The position numbers and the translations under genes were made by a program. The notes beneath the pieces are model-generated. The model saw only the letters and a list, made by a program, of their open reading frames with translations. It did no database searches and was not told the DNA's origin. Positions 18,583 to 29,011 of a stretch of DNA of 64,000 nt are shown here, piece by piece; the first letter of the stretch is position 1, and each line of letters starts with the position of its first letter. Source of the DNA: a virus; the IMG/VR virus record IMGVR_UViG_3300035696_000019, positions 32,001 to 96,000 of that record; one strand, 5' to 3'.

Positions 18583-19305
18583 TTAGGGGCATGTGTCCGG
18601 CCAGCAGCCATCCACAAGGCGACTGCCAATCGCGCAGCACTCACTGACAAGAGCCTGAGATAGATTGCCACGGAAGAACGACTCGACGCAGCCGAGAATG
18701 CTGCCGCGCAGCGTCTTGCGAAGCTCGACCATAAGCCACTCTTCGCCGGGCTTGCGTTCCAGCAGCCAGCGACTGAAGTCAGCCCCGACCACTTCCGACG
18801 CCTCATAGACGAACATGCCGCCAAAGTTCTCGCCACGCGCCTCCAGCATCCTCCACGTTGCGTCCTCAATGTCCGCAAGCAGCACGCCGATTTCGGCGAC
18901 CTGCTGGTAGAGTTCGGCACAACCCTGATCCCATATGGGCAGCAAATTGGACAGCATGTCGGGCTTGTCGCAGGTCAACATGCCGGTCATGACTGCGGCG
19001 GCATGGTGGGCGAAGTATTGCGGTTCCATATTGGCATGTGTTTGGCTTTTGACGTTCATGACAGTTCCTCTCAGGTTCGGGCCGACGCGCAGGCCGCCTT
19101 TCGGGCCGACGCTCAGAACGTAATCGGGGTCTTCTACGACCTCATCGTAAGTCTTGGCGATGTGGATCGACGCAGGCTCGGGCTGGTTGCCGAACGCCAA
19201 CATTTCGTTGACGTAGAGCACGTATGCGCACTTGGCGTTGTTGACGCTATGCAGGCGTCTTCCTTCGGTGACAGGCGTTGAGCCGATGCAGAGAATGCAT
19301 TTCAT
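18583..19305 (-). CDS. Hypothetical protein (possibly two fused genes)
   Basis: Internal GAGGA RBS before MNVK. Confidence 0.45.
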   Translation of the reverse strand: MKCILCIGSTPVTEGRRLHSVNNAKCAYVLYVNEMLAFGNQPEPASIHIAKTYDEVVEDPDYVLSVGPKGGLRVGPNLRGTVMNVKSQTHANMEPQYFAHHAAAVMTGMLTCDKPDMLSNLLPIWDQGCAELYQQVAEIGVLLADIEDATWRMLEARGENFGGMFVYEASEVVGADFSRWLLERKPGEEWLMVELRKTLRGSILGCVESFFRGNLSQALVSECCAIGSRLVDGCWPDTCP

Positions 19306-19317
19306 GATGGATTCCTT

Positions 19318-19644
19318 TCAGGCAGCAAGCGCCAGGCGGTCGATGTAATGACGAGCAACCCGTTCCATCGCCTCCTTCAGATCGGTGACGCCCAAGTGGT
19401 AGCGAGTCATCAGCGGGCGTTCCGAGAACTCGTATTTGGTCAAATACCGACTCAGATAACCCACGCGACCGTAGCAGTCGCTCACCAACCACGTCTCCCG
19501 CGTAAAGACGCTGAAGTCGATCACCCAATCTTCCTCGTCGGTTTCGATGTGGTAGTTGTGATCGTCATCCTTGACGAGCGCGAAGCGGGCATCGCCCACC
19601 ATGAAAGTGCGTTCGATCATGTTTATCTCCGGTTTCGTTTCCAT
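19318..19644 (-). CDS. Hypothetical protein
   Basis: Likely start MIER with GGAG RBS; promoter and operator upstream. Confidence 0.55.
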   Translation of the reverse strand: METKPEINMIERTFMVGDARFALVKDDDHNYHIETDEEDWVIDFSVFTRETWLVSDCYGRVGYLSRYLTKYEFSERPLMTRYHLGVTDLKEAMERVARHYIDRLALAA

Positions 19645-19891
19645 GCATACAGTATGCGACGTGAGAATAGGCGTTACTATGTCACCGATGACTTACCCAA
19701 ACAAGTCGCCAAAGGCAGAATCAGGATTTCGAAACCGGGAGAGGAAGACAATTCGCGCCAACGACGGTGGGCGTAATCGAAGGCCATGCGACGATCCGCC
19801 ACCATCTCCTCGGGCCGTCCGTTATCAGTAACAAGCCAATTGCCTTCACCGAGACTGCGCAGTGTGACAATTGGTTTCATGATGGCTCCTG

Positions 19892-20155
19892 TTAGAACAT
19901 GAGGGCGTGACGCGAGCGCACGTCGACGTAATCAATACCCTTCGTAGCCCGCAGCCAATGATCCAGATCGCCTTCCGTGCAGCGCGCCTGCACATGCACC
20001 TGGGAGATTGTCGGGTCTTCACGATAGACGCCACCATCGCGCGCTACATCCACCCAACTGAGCTTCTCCAGACGCCGGATCAGCGTCGCTTTGGCTTTGG
20101 TCGACACGTCGATGACGAACTGTTTGGCTATAAGCGTTTTCTTCGGTTTCATCAT
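19892..20155 (-). CDS. Hypothetical small protein
   Basis: AGGTG RBS; operator at 20165. Confidence 0.5.
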   Translation of the reverse strand: MMKPKKTLIAKQFVIDVSTKAKATLIRRLEKLSWVDVARDGGVYREDPTISQVHVQARCTEGDLDHWLRATKGIDYVDVRSRHALMF

Positions 20156-20239
20156 ATCACCTATAAGTCAGTTGTGAGTTATCTGATGAATATATTATCG
20201 CAAGCGGATAAAGGGCTTTCCGCTTGCGAACAGGGAGAG

Positions 20240-20659
20240 CTACAGCAGGGTGTGCAGATGCCCGATGAATACCGAGAGCACGACGGGGTCGCCCTCCGCC
20301 ACTTCGAACAAGCGTTCGCGTGCCGCCTCGGGCGTGTCGGCGGCCAGGTGGAAAACGAAGGGCTGGAGATTGTCGGCATAATAGCCAACCACGGTGAAGG
20401 CCGAGTCGGCGCCAACGACACGGGTGTTGATGGTGCGGATGGTGATCGGCACTTGCTTCTCGCGGATCGCCTGCAAACGCTTGGCGAGGGTCTTATGAAC
20501 CATTTCAGGCGCCTCCTCGACCACGCCAACGCCATTGTCATCGCGGATGTCAGCACGCAGCATGGCTGATCCGAGAAACTGGCCGATGGCGTAAGCCAGA
20601 GCGGTCTTGCCAACCCCTGCCGGGGCACATACCGTGATGTGGATTTCGGGAGTCTTCAT
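20240..20659 (-). CDS. Hypothetical protein with P-loop
   Basis: APAGVGKT; start MKTP. Confidence 0.5.
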   Translation of the reverse strand: MKTPEIHITVCAPAGVGKTALAYAIGQFLGSAMLRADIRDDNGVGVVEEAPEMVHKTLAKRLQAIREKQVPITIRTINTRVVGADSAFTVVGYYADNLQPFVFHLAADTPEAARERLFEVAEGDPVVLSVFIGHLHTLL

Positions 20660-20842
20660 TGCTTGGGGTTCCTGTAAGTGTTCAACCATGCGAGGCCGAA
20701 CTGGTTGCGAATCTGTTGCAGCAAGGGCTGGTCGGCTACCGGCAGATGGCGATAGTCGCCCGTCATCCAGCAAAGACGCAGAGCCTTTCTCCAGAATCGC
20801 CCATGCGTGACGGCAAAGCGCCGCAACGCCGCCTACTGATCT

Positions 20843-21208
20843 TCATTGGGTTGTTGCTTCATTCGAGGCTCCTTCCAGCGCTTTCAATGCCTGGCGCAGT
20901 TCGTCGCGCCCGTAGTCGGCGGCGTTGAAAGTGCATTGGGCGATGTCGTCCAGTTGTTCGATAATCCAGACTACTTTCTCTCGGTTGTCACCCCGGACGT
21001 TCTTAGCCAGGGCATGCAATTGGCTGAGAATTCCACTCAGGAAGTCTTCAGCCGGGTATTGGGTCATCGCCTCCTCGACGTGTGCGTCGATACCCTTGAC
21101 AGCCTGAAGCTGGGCGTCAAGGGTCAGCAACTCCTCGATGCGGTCTTCGGGCAGTGTGCCGTTAAGGCGGAAGTGCTCCGCGTTGGTCAGGTTGGTGGCG
21201 TAGACCAT
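20843..21208 (-). CDS. Hypothetical acidic helical protein
   Basis: Start MVYA; promoter-like ACAAT..ATCGAAC upstream. Confidence 0.55.
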   Translation of the reverse strand: MVYATNLTNAEHFRLNGTLPEDRIEELLTLDAQLQAVKGIDAHVEEAMTQYPAEDFLSGILSQLHALAKNVRGDNREKVVWIIEQLDDIAQCTFNAADYGRDELRQALKALEGASNEATTQ

Positions 21209-21260
21209 AACTTTCTCGCTTGGGTTTGTTGGTTCGATAGGGTTATTGTGCCGATTGGGG

Positions 21261-21857
21261 TCAGACGCAAAACACAAAAATGCGCCCCTGCGCCTTGAGG
21301 TATTGGGTATCCGCGAACATGTCGGTAAGCACCAGATGATCACCACGCGCCATCAAGTTCGCCCCATGCACGTCCAGCTCCAGGGCGCCGATCCAGTTGG
21401 TAGCGAAATGCTCAACATCCAGTATCGCGTTGACGTAATCGTCGTCGCCGGTTGACTCTGCGTGTTCCACCATCGCTGCGAGCCTTCTGCGCTGCCAGTC
21501 TCGCCCTCGCCACTCCTCAAAAGCAGCACGGTTGAAGGCGCGCACGAGCCGACGCCCCTGCTTTGCAACTGGCGCTCCTGCTCGATGTAGTGGCGTAAGT
21601 TTTTCAATCTCCAGCACGTCGATCGGCAATCGCGCACTGTCCTCTCTGTGGCGGCCATACAGCGCTGGGAAGAAATCGCCCTTGCAGTAGTCGAGAAAAT
21701 TGACGTATGCCAGGTCGCTCGTCACCTTCATGACACGATCACCACAGTCGTATACAGCAGAGAACATACCCCGGCCAATCGGCTTGGCATCGTCCAGCCC
21801 ATACTTGAACAGAATGTTTCTGATCCCGGGGTCGCGTAGGCTAAAGGTGCGTCTCAT
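21261..21857 (-). CDS. Minimal protein-kinase-like enzyme
   Basis: Gly loop IGRGMFSAVY, VMK lysine, catalytic DVHGANLM, LTD. Confidence 0.75.
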   Translation of the reverse strand: MRRTFSLRDPGIRNILFKYGLDDAKPIGRGMFSAVYDCGDRVMKVTSDLAYVNFLDYCKGDFFPALYGRHREDSARLPIDVLEIEKLTPLHRAGAPVAKQGRRLVRAFNRAAFEEWRGRDWQRRRLAAMVEHAESTGDDDYVNAILDVEHFATNWIGALELDVHGANLMARGDHLVLTDMFADTQYLKAQGRIFVFCV

Positions 21858-21887
21858 GGTCGTTCTCTGCGTGTTGTTTCGATAGAT

Positions 21888-22418
21888 TTATTGTGCCGGG
21901 GCCGCAGTGGATGGCGAATTCAAGGTCTTGAGCGCTGTCTGAACCGTCTGGACAATCTCCTTCAGATCCAGATAGTCCGGGTTGGGCTTTTCGGACAGTT
22001 GAAGCCACCACTCGTCGCCAAATACCCCATAAAGAAAGTCGCCCTCCTCGCTGTGGTGGCCCATCAACTCGGATCGATCAAACAGTCGCCGCGCGTCTTT
22101 CTTCGACAAGTCACCTTCGCGGCGCTGGCAACAGATCGCCGCTCGGACGTGAGCGGGTAACGCGTCTTCATCGACGACCATGCTCGACATGTCAGGCTTG
22201 AGCTTGTTGACAAGGTAGGGTGCATCACACTCGGCTAAGAAGGACGTGATGGTGTGACTCTCGCCCATGTGACTCCAATAGTGCGACCAGGCTTCGCCGA
22301 CGCGCTCGATGGTGATGCGGCCGGCGCCAGGGCCAAAGTCTTCGAGGAAGACATTGATGGTGTCGCGTTCTTCTTTGAGAATGCTGATCTTGCGCACGGT
22401 GGATTCGGTGATTCTCAT
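21888..22418 (-). CDS. Hypothetical phage protein
   Basis: 176-aa ORF; GRITI...WSHYW..MG. Confidence 0.65.
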   Translation of the reverse strand: MRITESTVRKISILKEERDTINVFLEDFGPGAGRITIERVGEAWSHYWSHMGESHTITSFLAECDAPYLVNKLKPDMSSMVVDEDALPAHVRAAICCQRREGDLSKKDARRLFDRSELMGHHSEEGDFLYGVFGDEWWLQLSEKPNPDYLDLKEIVQTVQTALKTLNSPSTAAPAQ

Positions 22419-22419
22419 G

Positions 22420-22647
22420 TCAGTTCTCGATCAATTTGACCATGCGCTTGCAGCGCCGGATGTAGCGCTCGATCATGCCTGCCACGCGCCCAATGCGCGT
22501 CTCATACTCGACCTCGTGACGAATGCACGTCCTGAACACGAACTCCTCCACCGCCTCAACACCGTCATACGGGCCATCGGTGGTGTCGTAGTCGATCCGG
22601 CAGGTGTAGACGGTTTCAATCTTGACCTGCGGCTTTTAGGCTTTCAC
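22420..22647 (-). pseudogene. Small gene with an apparent +1 frameshift near its start
   Basis: Removing one A from CTAAAAG gives MKALKPQVKIETVYTCRIDY...KLIEN, which fills the operon gap. Confidence 0.4.
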
Positions 22648-22883
22648 TTTGGTCTCCTTACAAGATCGAAATGAGTGTCATCGATCATGTAGGCATTGAG
22701 TTCGTTGTGATCTACCGCTATCGGGTAGGTCTCCTCCGGGAAGGTGATGGACTCGTCGGCCACGCCCACTACGCGCATTTCAAGCGTCTTCATGTGAGAG
22801 AGGCCGAGTTTGCGACCAAAGATGATTTCCAGTCCGTTGTCGTTCAGACGCACGATGTCGCCCATTTTCAGTTTGCAGGCCAT
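22644..22883 (-). CDS. Hypothetical small protein
   Basis: LKMGDIVR; TAATG coupling. Confidence 0.55.
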   Translation of the reverse strand: MACKLKMGDIVRLNDNGLEIIFGRKLGLSHMKTLEMRVVGVADESITFPEETYPIAVDHNELNAYMIDDTHFDLVRRPK

Positions 22884-23113
22884 TACGCGCCCTCCGTGGC
22901 CGTGGTCCGATTGGTGTCGCGCACAAAGTCCACCAGACCGGCGAAGTCCAGCTTGCCGACCTGATGAACGAAGCGATAAAAGCAGGACTCGATGGACTCG
23001 CCATTACGGTCCAGCAGATGAACCTTGCGCGTGGTGATCTTCACGCCATACACGCCACACAGGTCGCCCATGAATGTCGGCGGAACCATTACGGATACGA
23101 GGTCAGCAGTCAT
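22883..23113 (-). CDS. Small protein, paralog of 23856-24053
   Basis: Shared VPP...GVKIT...LLD...LDF..LVDFVR. Confidence 0.65.
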   Translation of the reverse strand: MTADLVSVMVPPTFMGDLCGVYGVKITTRKVHLLDRNGESIESCFYRFVHQVGKLDFAGLVDFVRDTNRTTATEGA

Positions 23114-23343
23114 ACGCACCCCTTCTTGATCCAGGCAGCGACCTGCTTGTCGTGAATGGCCTGAAGTAGCTTATGCAGGGCGGCATACGGCTTGCGCTGC
23201 TCGTTCGCCTCGCGCTCCGTCTTGCCCTCGCAACGCGATGCGGTGTTGTCCAGGTCGCGGAGAAAGGCCGTCTGCGTCGGCCAGGACAGCGCCGCAAAGA
23301 GGGATTCCGTCATTTCCAGCAGGTGTTTGTTCGGGGCGCTCAT
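23110..23343 (-). CDS. Hypothetical small protein
   Basis: Overlapping operon ORF with GGAGG RBS. Confidence 0.5.
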   Translation of the reverse strand: MSAPNKHLLEMTESLFAALSWPTQTAFLRDLDNTASRCEGKTEREANEQRKPYAALHKLLQAIHDKQVAAWIKKGCV

Positions 23344-23855
23344 ACAGCCTCCTTGACGACTTGTTCGATCAAGCTCTGCGTGAGCCGCGACAGGTAGGCG
23401 CTGAGAACCTTTGCGTGTTGGGCGTTATTCATGATTGTTTCCTCGGTTGCGTGGGCGGAAGAACGTAGGCGGAGCGGCAATTGCCACTTGTCAACATGCG
23501 CCGACAGTGAGCGTCCGCCTCTTCCGCCGAATCCCACAATGAGCGCGACTGAAAGCCGCTGCCTTTGGCAGTTTCGACAACCGCCCACTTTTCCGCGCGG
23601 TAAAGCGGGGTCGGATTGTGCTTGGCTGCTTGAGCCTGATGCCAGGTGGTCATTTGCGTTCCTCCAGCCAGTAGAACCATGTGTCGGGCTGCTCTTTATT
23701 CCACTTCGCGACTAGGCTGGCGCAGACCTTCATCAGTGCGCACTCCGGGTGGCCGTCGGGGTCAGACAACATCCAGTGCTGATAACCTGTCCATTTGGCC
23801 TCGGTATCAATGCCCGTTGGTATATGCCTGCGTATCAGGCGCGGAAGTTGGGTTT

Positions 23856-24053
23856 TCATTGAGCGCCCCTCACGAAATCCACCAGTCTGCCAAAGTCCAG
23901 ATTGGCGATCTGACTGACGTGACGGTAGGTTTTGGATTCGGTCGGGCGTCCCAACTGATCCAGCAGACGCACTTCGCTGGCGGTGATTTTCACACCAAAG
24001 GCGCCATAGATTTCCGCCAGGTAAATCGGCGGAACAATAACCGATGAGGTCAT
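23856..24053 (-). CDS. Small protein, paralog of 22883-23113
   Basis: Shares the paralog motifs; GGAGA RBS. Confidence 0.65.
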   Translation of the reverse strand: MTSSVIVPPIYLAEIYGAFGVKITASEVRLLDQLGRPTESKTYRHVSQIANLDFGRLVDFVRGAQ

Positions 24054-24064
24054 AACACTCTCCC

Positions 24065-24394
24065 TTAGCGGTGCGTGAAGTAAACGCGACGCCATTCGGC
24101 GAACTCGGGATGGTCGGGACGAACTTCGCTCCTGACAATGCAGTAGCTTTGGCCCTTCGACTCGCTCACATACATGAAGCCCGCGTAGCAGCCGGCGCGA
24201 TGCATCGCCTCTTCAAGCATGGTGTTGGCACCATCCGCCAGACCGACGTAATAGTCGGCGGATTTCTCGCGCACATGATCGGCTTGGCTCTCGACCGGCA
24301 CAGTCGCCTTCACCCGCAGCACCTCATCAACGTGCCGTAAAATCAACTCTTGGCGCTCCATCAGCCTGAGCACATGAGTGGGGGTTTTCGCCAT
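24065..24394 (-). CDS. Hypothetical protein
   Basis: Start MAKT with GGAG RBS; promoter at ~24428. Confidence 0.55.
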   Translation of the reverse strand: MAKTPTHVLRLMERQELILRHVDEVLRVKATVPVESQADHVREKSADYYVGLADGANTMLEEAMHRAGCYAGFMYVSESKGQSYCIVRSEVRPDHPEFAEWRRVYFTHR

Positions 24395-24724
24395 GATTGC
24401 GTCTCCGGTTGTTTCGTTTCGATAATTCATTGTCGCAAGCGGATAGAGGACTTACGCTTGTTCACGCGGGAGATTGCGAAGACGGCCTGTGCGTGCGTGT
24501 ATCGCCCCGTGGCAGCGCCAGAATCTCGCCATTGCCGATCATGCGGTGACGCCATCGACCCTCGGGGGTGCGCGTGGGCGAACCATGCAGCCGCATGATG
24601 TCCTCGATATACCAGACCACCGCCGACTCCTCGGTATGGGCGGCGATTTCAATCATCGGGAAACGGCGCGACCCGCGCGTCAGATCATTCGACACCGGGT
24701 CATGCCGGCCAATCATAAAAACCT

Positions 24725-25118
24725 TCATTCCATCCTCAACATTTGCATGGCGCGTTCGTTGCACGCCTTAATGACTCGCTGACACAAGTCAACGTCAAAC
24801 ATGCCGATGTGACAGTCAGCGGGGTCAATTCCCAACGCCTCCGCAAGCCACTTGTAGGCACTGACGCGCGCCACGTTCTCACCCCCTCCAGATCGGGTCA
24901 AAGGCGGCGTGGGCGGCCGACTTCATGCTGCGCAGTTCGGCATCAGCAAGCCTGCCCAGCGGGCGCTCGGAATGCGGGTGACACCCGACATACGCATCAC
25001 AGGGCGCGCAGCGGTAAAAGACCTTGGCATACAGGTCAGGGCGGTGCGAATAGATGACCTTGCCCGATACCTTCTCAGACCACTTGCCGCAATACGGGCA
25101 TTTAGGATTGATGTTCAT
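24725..25118 (-). pseudogene. DUF3268-like zinc-finger protein split by a frameshift in a G5 run
   Basis: CPYCG...CAPCDAYVGCH...AFDPIWRG then stop. Deleting one G at 24882-24886 continues ENVARVSAYKWLAEALGI...CHIGMFD. Confidence 0.75.
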
Positions 25119-25461
25119 GGTATTCGTTGGTCACCAGGAGTTTGATCGGGCGAACTTTGAGTGACATCACCCGAATGAAGGAAAGAATACGCGCCGCTGC
25201 CGCGAAAACATCACGCTCGGATTTGCCGACAAAAGAAATGCGACAATACGGGTGCTTGCTGGAGCGGGTGTCGTTTACCTTGCAACGAACGCCAAATCGC
25301 TTGGCGGTGGCAAATGCAAAATCTTCGACGTGCGCAATGGCGTCGATACTCGAATAGGCATGAAGGGAGTCCAGAGTGTCGTAACAGATAACGACAAGGA
25401 AGGATCTTTTGCCAGCGCCCAGCTTCAAGCCAGCGGCCTCCACGATTTCAGAAACGTTCAT
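25102..25461 (-). CDS. Hypothetical protein
   Basis: GGAGA RBS. Confidence 0.5.
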   Translation of the reverse strand: MNVSEIVEAAGLKLGAGKRSFLVVICYDTLDSLHAYSSIDAIAHVEDFAFATAKRFGVRCKVNDTRSSKHPYCRISFVGKSERDVFAAAARILSFIRVMSLKVRPIKLLVTNEYHEHQS

Positions 25462-25621
25462 ATCTATCTCCTCCGCCGCAGCGGCACAATATCTCTTGCA
25501 AACCCGCAGCCTTCTACCCGGATGCAGTGCTTCACTTTGTTGGCGTAAAGCTGACCCCAGGCCAGCGCCCAGTCTTGTCGGTCAAAGTGCCGACCCACCA
25601 CGATGTAATCGGCACTCATGG

Positions 25622-26233
25622 TCAATTGCCCTTCGCTTGCAGACGCGCGCACAGAAAGGCCAACATGTCGTTGACTACGTCCGTCGGCAGATAGGGCAAG
25701 TTGATCGAGGTGGTTTGACTGTCGCCCGATACGGAAACGGCGGCATAGCGCCCGCGCCCGCCCGGCAGCGTCAGATGCAGACGCCTGGGGCTGTCGTCGC
25801 CCGAAGCGAGACGTTCAACCGTGCGCGTGTCTCCCGCCGTCGTCGCCAGGCGCACCGCCATCGCCTTCTGGCGGTCGGTTTTCGCGTTCGATTCGGCGAC
25901 CATATCGAGCGATTTTTGCCACGCGCCGTTCAGCAGAGGCGTCAACAGTCGGCGGCGAATGTCTCGCGCCAACGTTTCCGCACTGCGTGTCATCGTCAAC
26001 TTGATGGGATACAAATCATGATCACCCACTTGCCGATAACTCTGGGCGTCTTCCGGCCAAGCCACGCTGACCGTCACCTTGTCGATATGAGGATGAACGC
26101 CAAACACGACACGCAGCGTCGGCCCATCGGAGTGCGTCAGCTTGAACGTTTCACCTGCGCCGCATGGGTTGCGGAATTCGGCAACGCAGCCTAGTAAAGC
26201 GCCAATCTCATTGGCCTTTTGATCGTATTTCAT
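25622..26233 (-). CDS. Hypothetical protein
   Basis: Start MKYD with ATGA overlap. Confidence 0.55.
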   Translation of the reverse strand: MKYDQKANEIGALLGCVAEFRNPCGAGETFKLTHSDGPTLRVVFGVHPHIDKVTVSVAWPEDAQSYRQVGDHDLYPIKLTMTRSAETLARDIRRRLLTPLLNGAWQKSLDMVAESNAKTDRQKAMAVRLATTAGDTRTVERLASGDDSPRRLHLTLPGGRGRYAAVSVSGDSQTTSINLPYLPTDVVNDMLAFLCARLQAKGN

Positions 26234-26864
26234 TGAATGTTCTCCCAAACATGCGCACCCACCTTGCGGCATTGCGCGAAATTCGCCTCAAGCATGGACA
26301 GGTCATCCACTTGCGGCTGACGGTCACAGCGGCCAACCAGCGTCGGCACGCCCACTTCATTCAGCACGCGAAACTCGTAGGGCAGTTCGCGTCCAGAGGG
26401 CAGCAAATCACCCCCGATCGCGTTTCCGCGCTCTAACGCCTGTGCGCCTTTGGTCACAATCCATTTCATCGGTCGTCCCCTTTCGGTTCCGTTTTCTGAT
26501 GATTCATTATGACCAGCGCGGCTAGGCATTTCTATGTCACCGATGACTTACCCGACCAGATCGCCAACTCGCGCAAAAGCAATAAATCGCCCTGCCACAG
26601 AATCGCGTTCTGAGAGCGTTTTACAGTTCGGATAAGGTCGGACTATGGAAACGGTAAAATAATCGCGTATAGCGCGATTCTGTGCGTCTACCTACGCACT
26701 TGCGATATAGCTCGCGTTACAACCAGCACAGCGCATTGGGCGCACTCCGTTCAAACCCCCAAGGGGGTCAGCCGACTCAAAAAAACACCCGTCCAGAGGA
26801 CGGGCATGGCTCGTGGGAAGAACAAGAGTGAGATAAGTATGTGGTGACTTACCTTCAATGTCAA

Positions 26865-27206
26865 CTACCAGGCATCGTCTACCGTGGGCTTGTGCGGCGC
26901 AGGCGCAGGCTTGACCGGCACCAGTTTGCGTGGTGACGCCACCACCACGCAAAACTCGGGTGATGCGCGCCATTTGCCACGACTCGGGTGGGGGTTGCCA
27001 TATTCATCGGTTTGATCGCCCGACAGCGTTCGGCTGTTGATGCGATTCACTCGCATGTAGATATCCTCACCAATGCGGTTGGTAAACTTCACAATCGCGC
27101 CAACACACAATTGACGATCCATACGACGTGACTGTTCGGCATTCACCGCGTCAAACAGTTTGGCGAACGCCTCTTCCGAGAGATTCTGCAAGGCGGCAAT
27201 ATTCAT
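26865..27206 (-). CDS. Hypothetical protein ending in DAW
   Basis: Start MNIA; SH3-like core and Pro-rich tail. Confidence 0.6.
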   Translation of the reverse strand: MNIAALQNLSEEAFAKLFDAVNAEQSRRMDRQLCVGAIVKFTNRIGEDIYMRVNRINSRTLSGDQTDEYGNPHPSRGKWRASPEFCVVVASPRKLVPVKPAPAPHKPTVDDAW

Positions 27207-27259
27207 GGTCGAGTCTTTAAACGGGCGACACCGCGATAGCGCCGCCCTGGGTGAGTAGA

Positions 27260-28159
27260 TTACGCCAGACCGAGTTGCGCGTAAGCGGCGGCGAGGATGG
27301 TGGAGTCTTCGTTCGGCGTCATGCCGCCTTTGGTTTTGACGCAGATGCCGAGAATCGGAAACAGCATGAACACTTGGTTGGCCTGCGCCCGGCACGTCCC
27401 CAACGAATACGGTTTCAGCGCCAGATTTTGCTGCAAATTTCCCTTGTCGCCCGACGTAAGCTTGCCCTCTTCGTGCAGCACCACGAAGGCGCGTCGCAGC
27501 ACATCATTCATCTGTGCGCCCGCCGCCAGCCCGGTCAAGAGCAGAATCGCCTTGTCGCGCACCTTGATGGCAATCTTGTCCGGGTCGTTCATGTCGGCGA
27601 CGAAGGCGTCTTGCTTGAGAGCGAGTTCACCCGCTTCCAGTTCGGCGTCCGCGAACGAGAACACGAGCATGTCACGCGCCTTTGCTCCGAGTTTCGCCAT
27701 CAGCAGATCGCCAGGCTTGTGCGTGATCGACGTGGCGCGCGGCGCTTTCGGTTCCTTCGCGGGCTTTTCCATTTCCGGTTCAGCAACCGGAGGGGTCGGT
27801 TCCGGTTCGGCCGCCGCTTCCGCCTTCTTGCCACGCTTGCCACCCTTCTTCTTCGGCGCTTCAACTTCCGGCGTTACTTTCGGTTCCGGTTCGGCAACCG
27901 GCGCCATCTCTACCGTCGGCGTCATCAAATCCAGATCGGCAAGGAGGTTGTCCACTGCCGATTCGGCGCTCAACGGGGCTTCCGGCACCGTCGGGCTAGT
28001 CAGTAAAGCGGCGTCCAGATCGGATTCCAGCAATTCGTCGGCACTGAGTGCAGGCTCGATACCGGTGGGTTCCAGCAACTCCGAGCCGAACAGATCGGCC
28101 AACAGAGCTTCGTCGGATTGGGTCAGTGCGTCGGTTTGGGTATCCATTTCATTCTCCAT
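27260..28159 (-). CDS. Protein with disordered acidic N-terminus and probable C-terminal winged helix
   Basis: YSLGTCRAQANQVFMLFPILGI; GGAGA RBS. Confidence 0.7.
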   Translation of the reverse strand: MENEMDTQTDALTQSDEALLADLFGSELLEPTGIEPALSADELLESDLDAALLTSPTVPEAPLSAESAVDNLLADLDLMTPTVEMAPVAEPEPKVTPEVEAPKKKGGKRGKKAEAAAEPEPTPPVAEPEMEKPAKEPKAPRATSITHKPGDLLMAKLGAKARDMLVFSFADAELEAGELALKQDAFVADMNDPDKIAIKVRDKAILLLTGLAAGAQMNDVLRRAFVVLHEEGKLTSGDKGNLQQNLALKPYSLGTCRAQANQVFMLFPILGICVKTKGGMTPNEDSTILAAAYAQLGLA

Positions 28160-28435
28160 TCACGTTAAAATTCATTCATTGATGACAGTATCGCAAGCGA
28201 CTAAAGGCGTTGAAAGCGTTTATACAGGCGACTTTCGCGTCTTTTCTTTACTCGTTGCGTCATTCAGTAATGACGGTATCGACAGCGCGGCTAGGGGAAG
28301 GAAGTGGTTTACTTGGCGATCAGGCTTGGGCACGTGCGGTCGCCAAGGGAGTGAAACGATATGATTCCATATGATATCGCCCAAGGGCGGATATAGAGCA
28401 AAAGAAAAGCGCCCGAAGGCGCTTGAGATGAGGGG

Positions 28436-28609
28436 TCAGTATTCTCGCTCGACCCAATCGCCCCTCTCATCCTGAACCACCTCGATCAGCGAATCGAATT
28501 CCCGCTGGCACTCGGCGGGATCGACATTCCAACGCGGCATTTCCGCCAACCAGTTCTCGCGGGTATCGACCGAACCGGTCTTGGGATTCATCAGCATGAC
28601 ATCAGCCAT
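28436..28609 (-). CDS. 57-aa acidic protein
   Basis: Manual translation MADVMLMNPKTGSVDTRENW...WVEREY; AGGAGA RBS; terminator at 28399-28424. Confidence 0.6.
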   Translation of the reverse strand: MADVMLMNPKTGSVDTRENWLAEMPRWNVDPAECQREFDSLIEVVQDERGDWVEREY

Positions 28610-28645
28610 CTTGCTCTCCTGAAAGTGTGTATGAGGATGGTAACC

Positions 28646-29011
28646 TTAATCCATCCAGCGAACCATATCCTCCCACTTGTCGGCATGGTCGAACAGCCCG
28701 AAGAATTCATTGTGCCACTTGCCAATCGCGTTGAAGGTGTCGAAGCCCTGACGCTTCAAATTGGCGAGAAAGCGCCCGACTTCGCGCGTCGTGACGCAGG
28801 AACAATCGCTGGATTGCTCGATCAGGTAAGCCCTTGTGAATGAAGGATTCACCGCGTCGGTCGCATAGAACCCAACTACCTCAGCCCCATCATGACGCGC
28901 CTTCATGACGCGCCCCTGATTGTTCGGTATAGCGGCTTCAAGACGATACCCGATGATCCGGTCAGTCGTTAGAGTGCGGACGGTGCGAATACGGACAACA
29001 GCGCGTTGCAT
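28646..29011 (-). CDS. Hypothetical protein
   Basis: AAGGGG RBS; promoter upstream. Confidence 0.55.
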   Translation of the reverse strand: MQRAVVRIRTVRTLTTDRIIGYRLEAAIPNNQGRVMKARHDGAEVVGFYATDAVNPSFTRAYLIEQSSDCSCVTTREVGRFLANLKRQGFDTFNAIGKWHNEFFGLFDHADKWEDMVRWMD

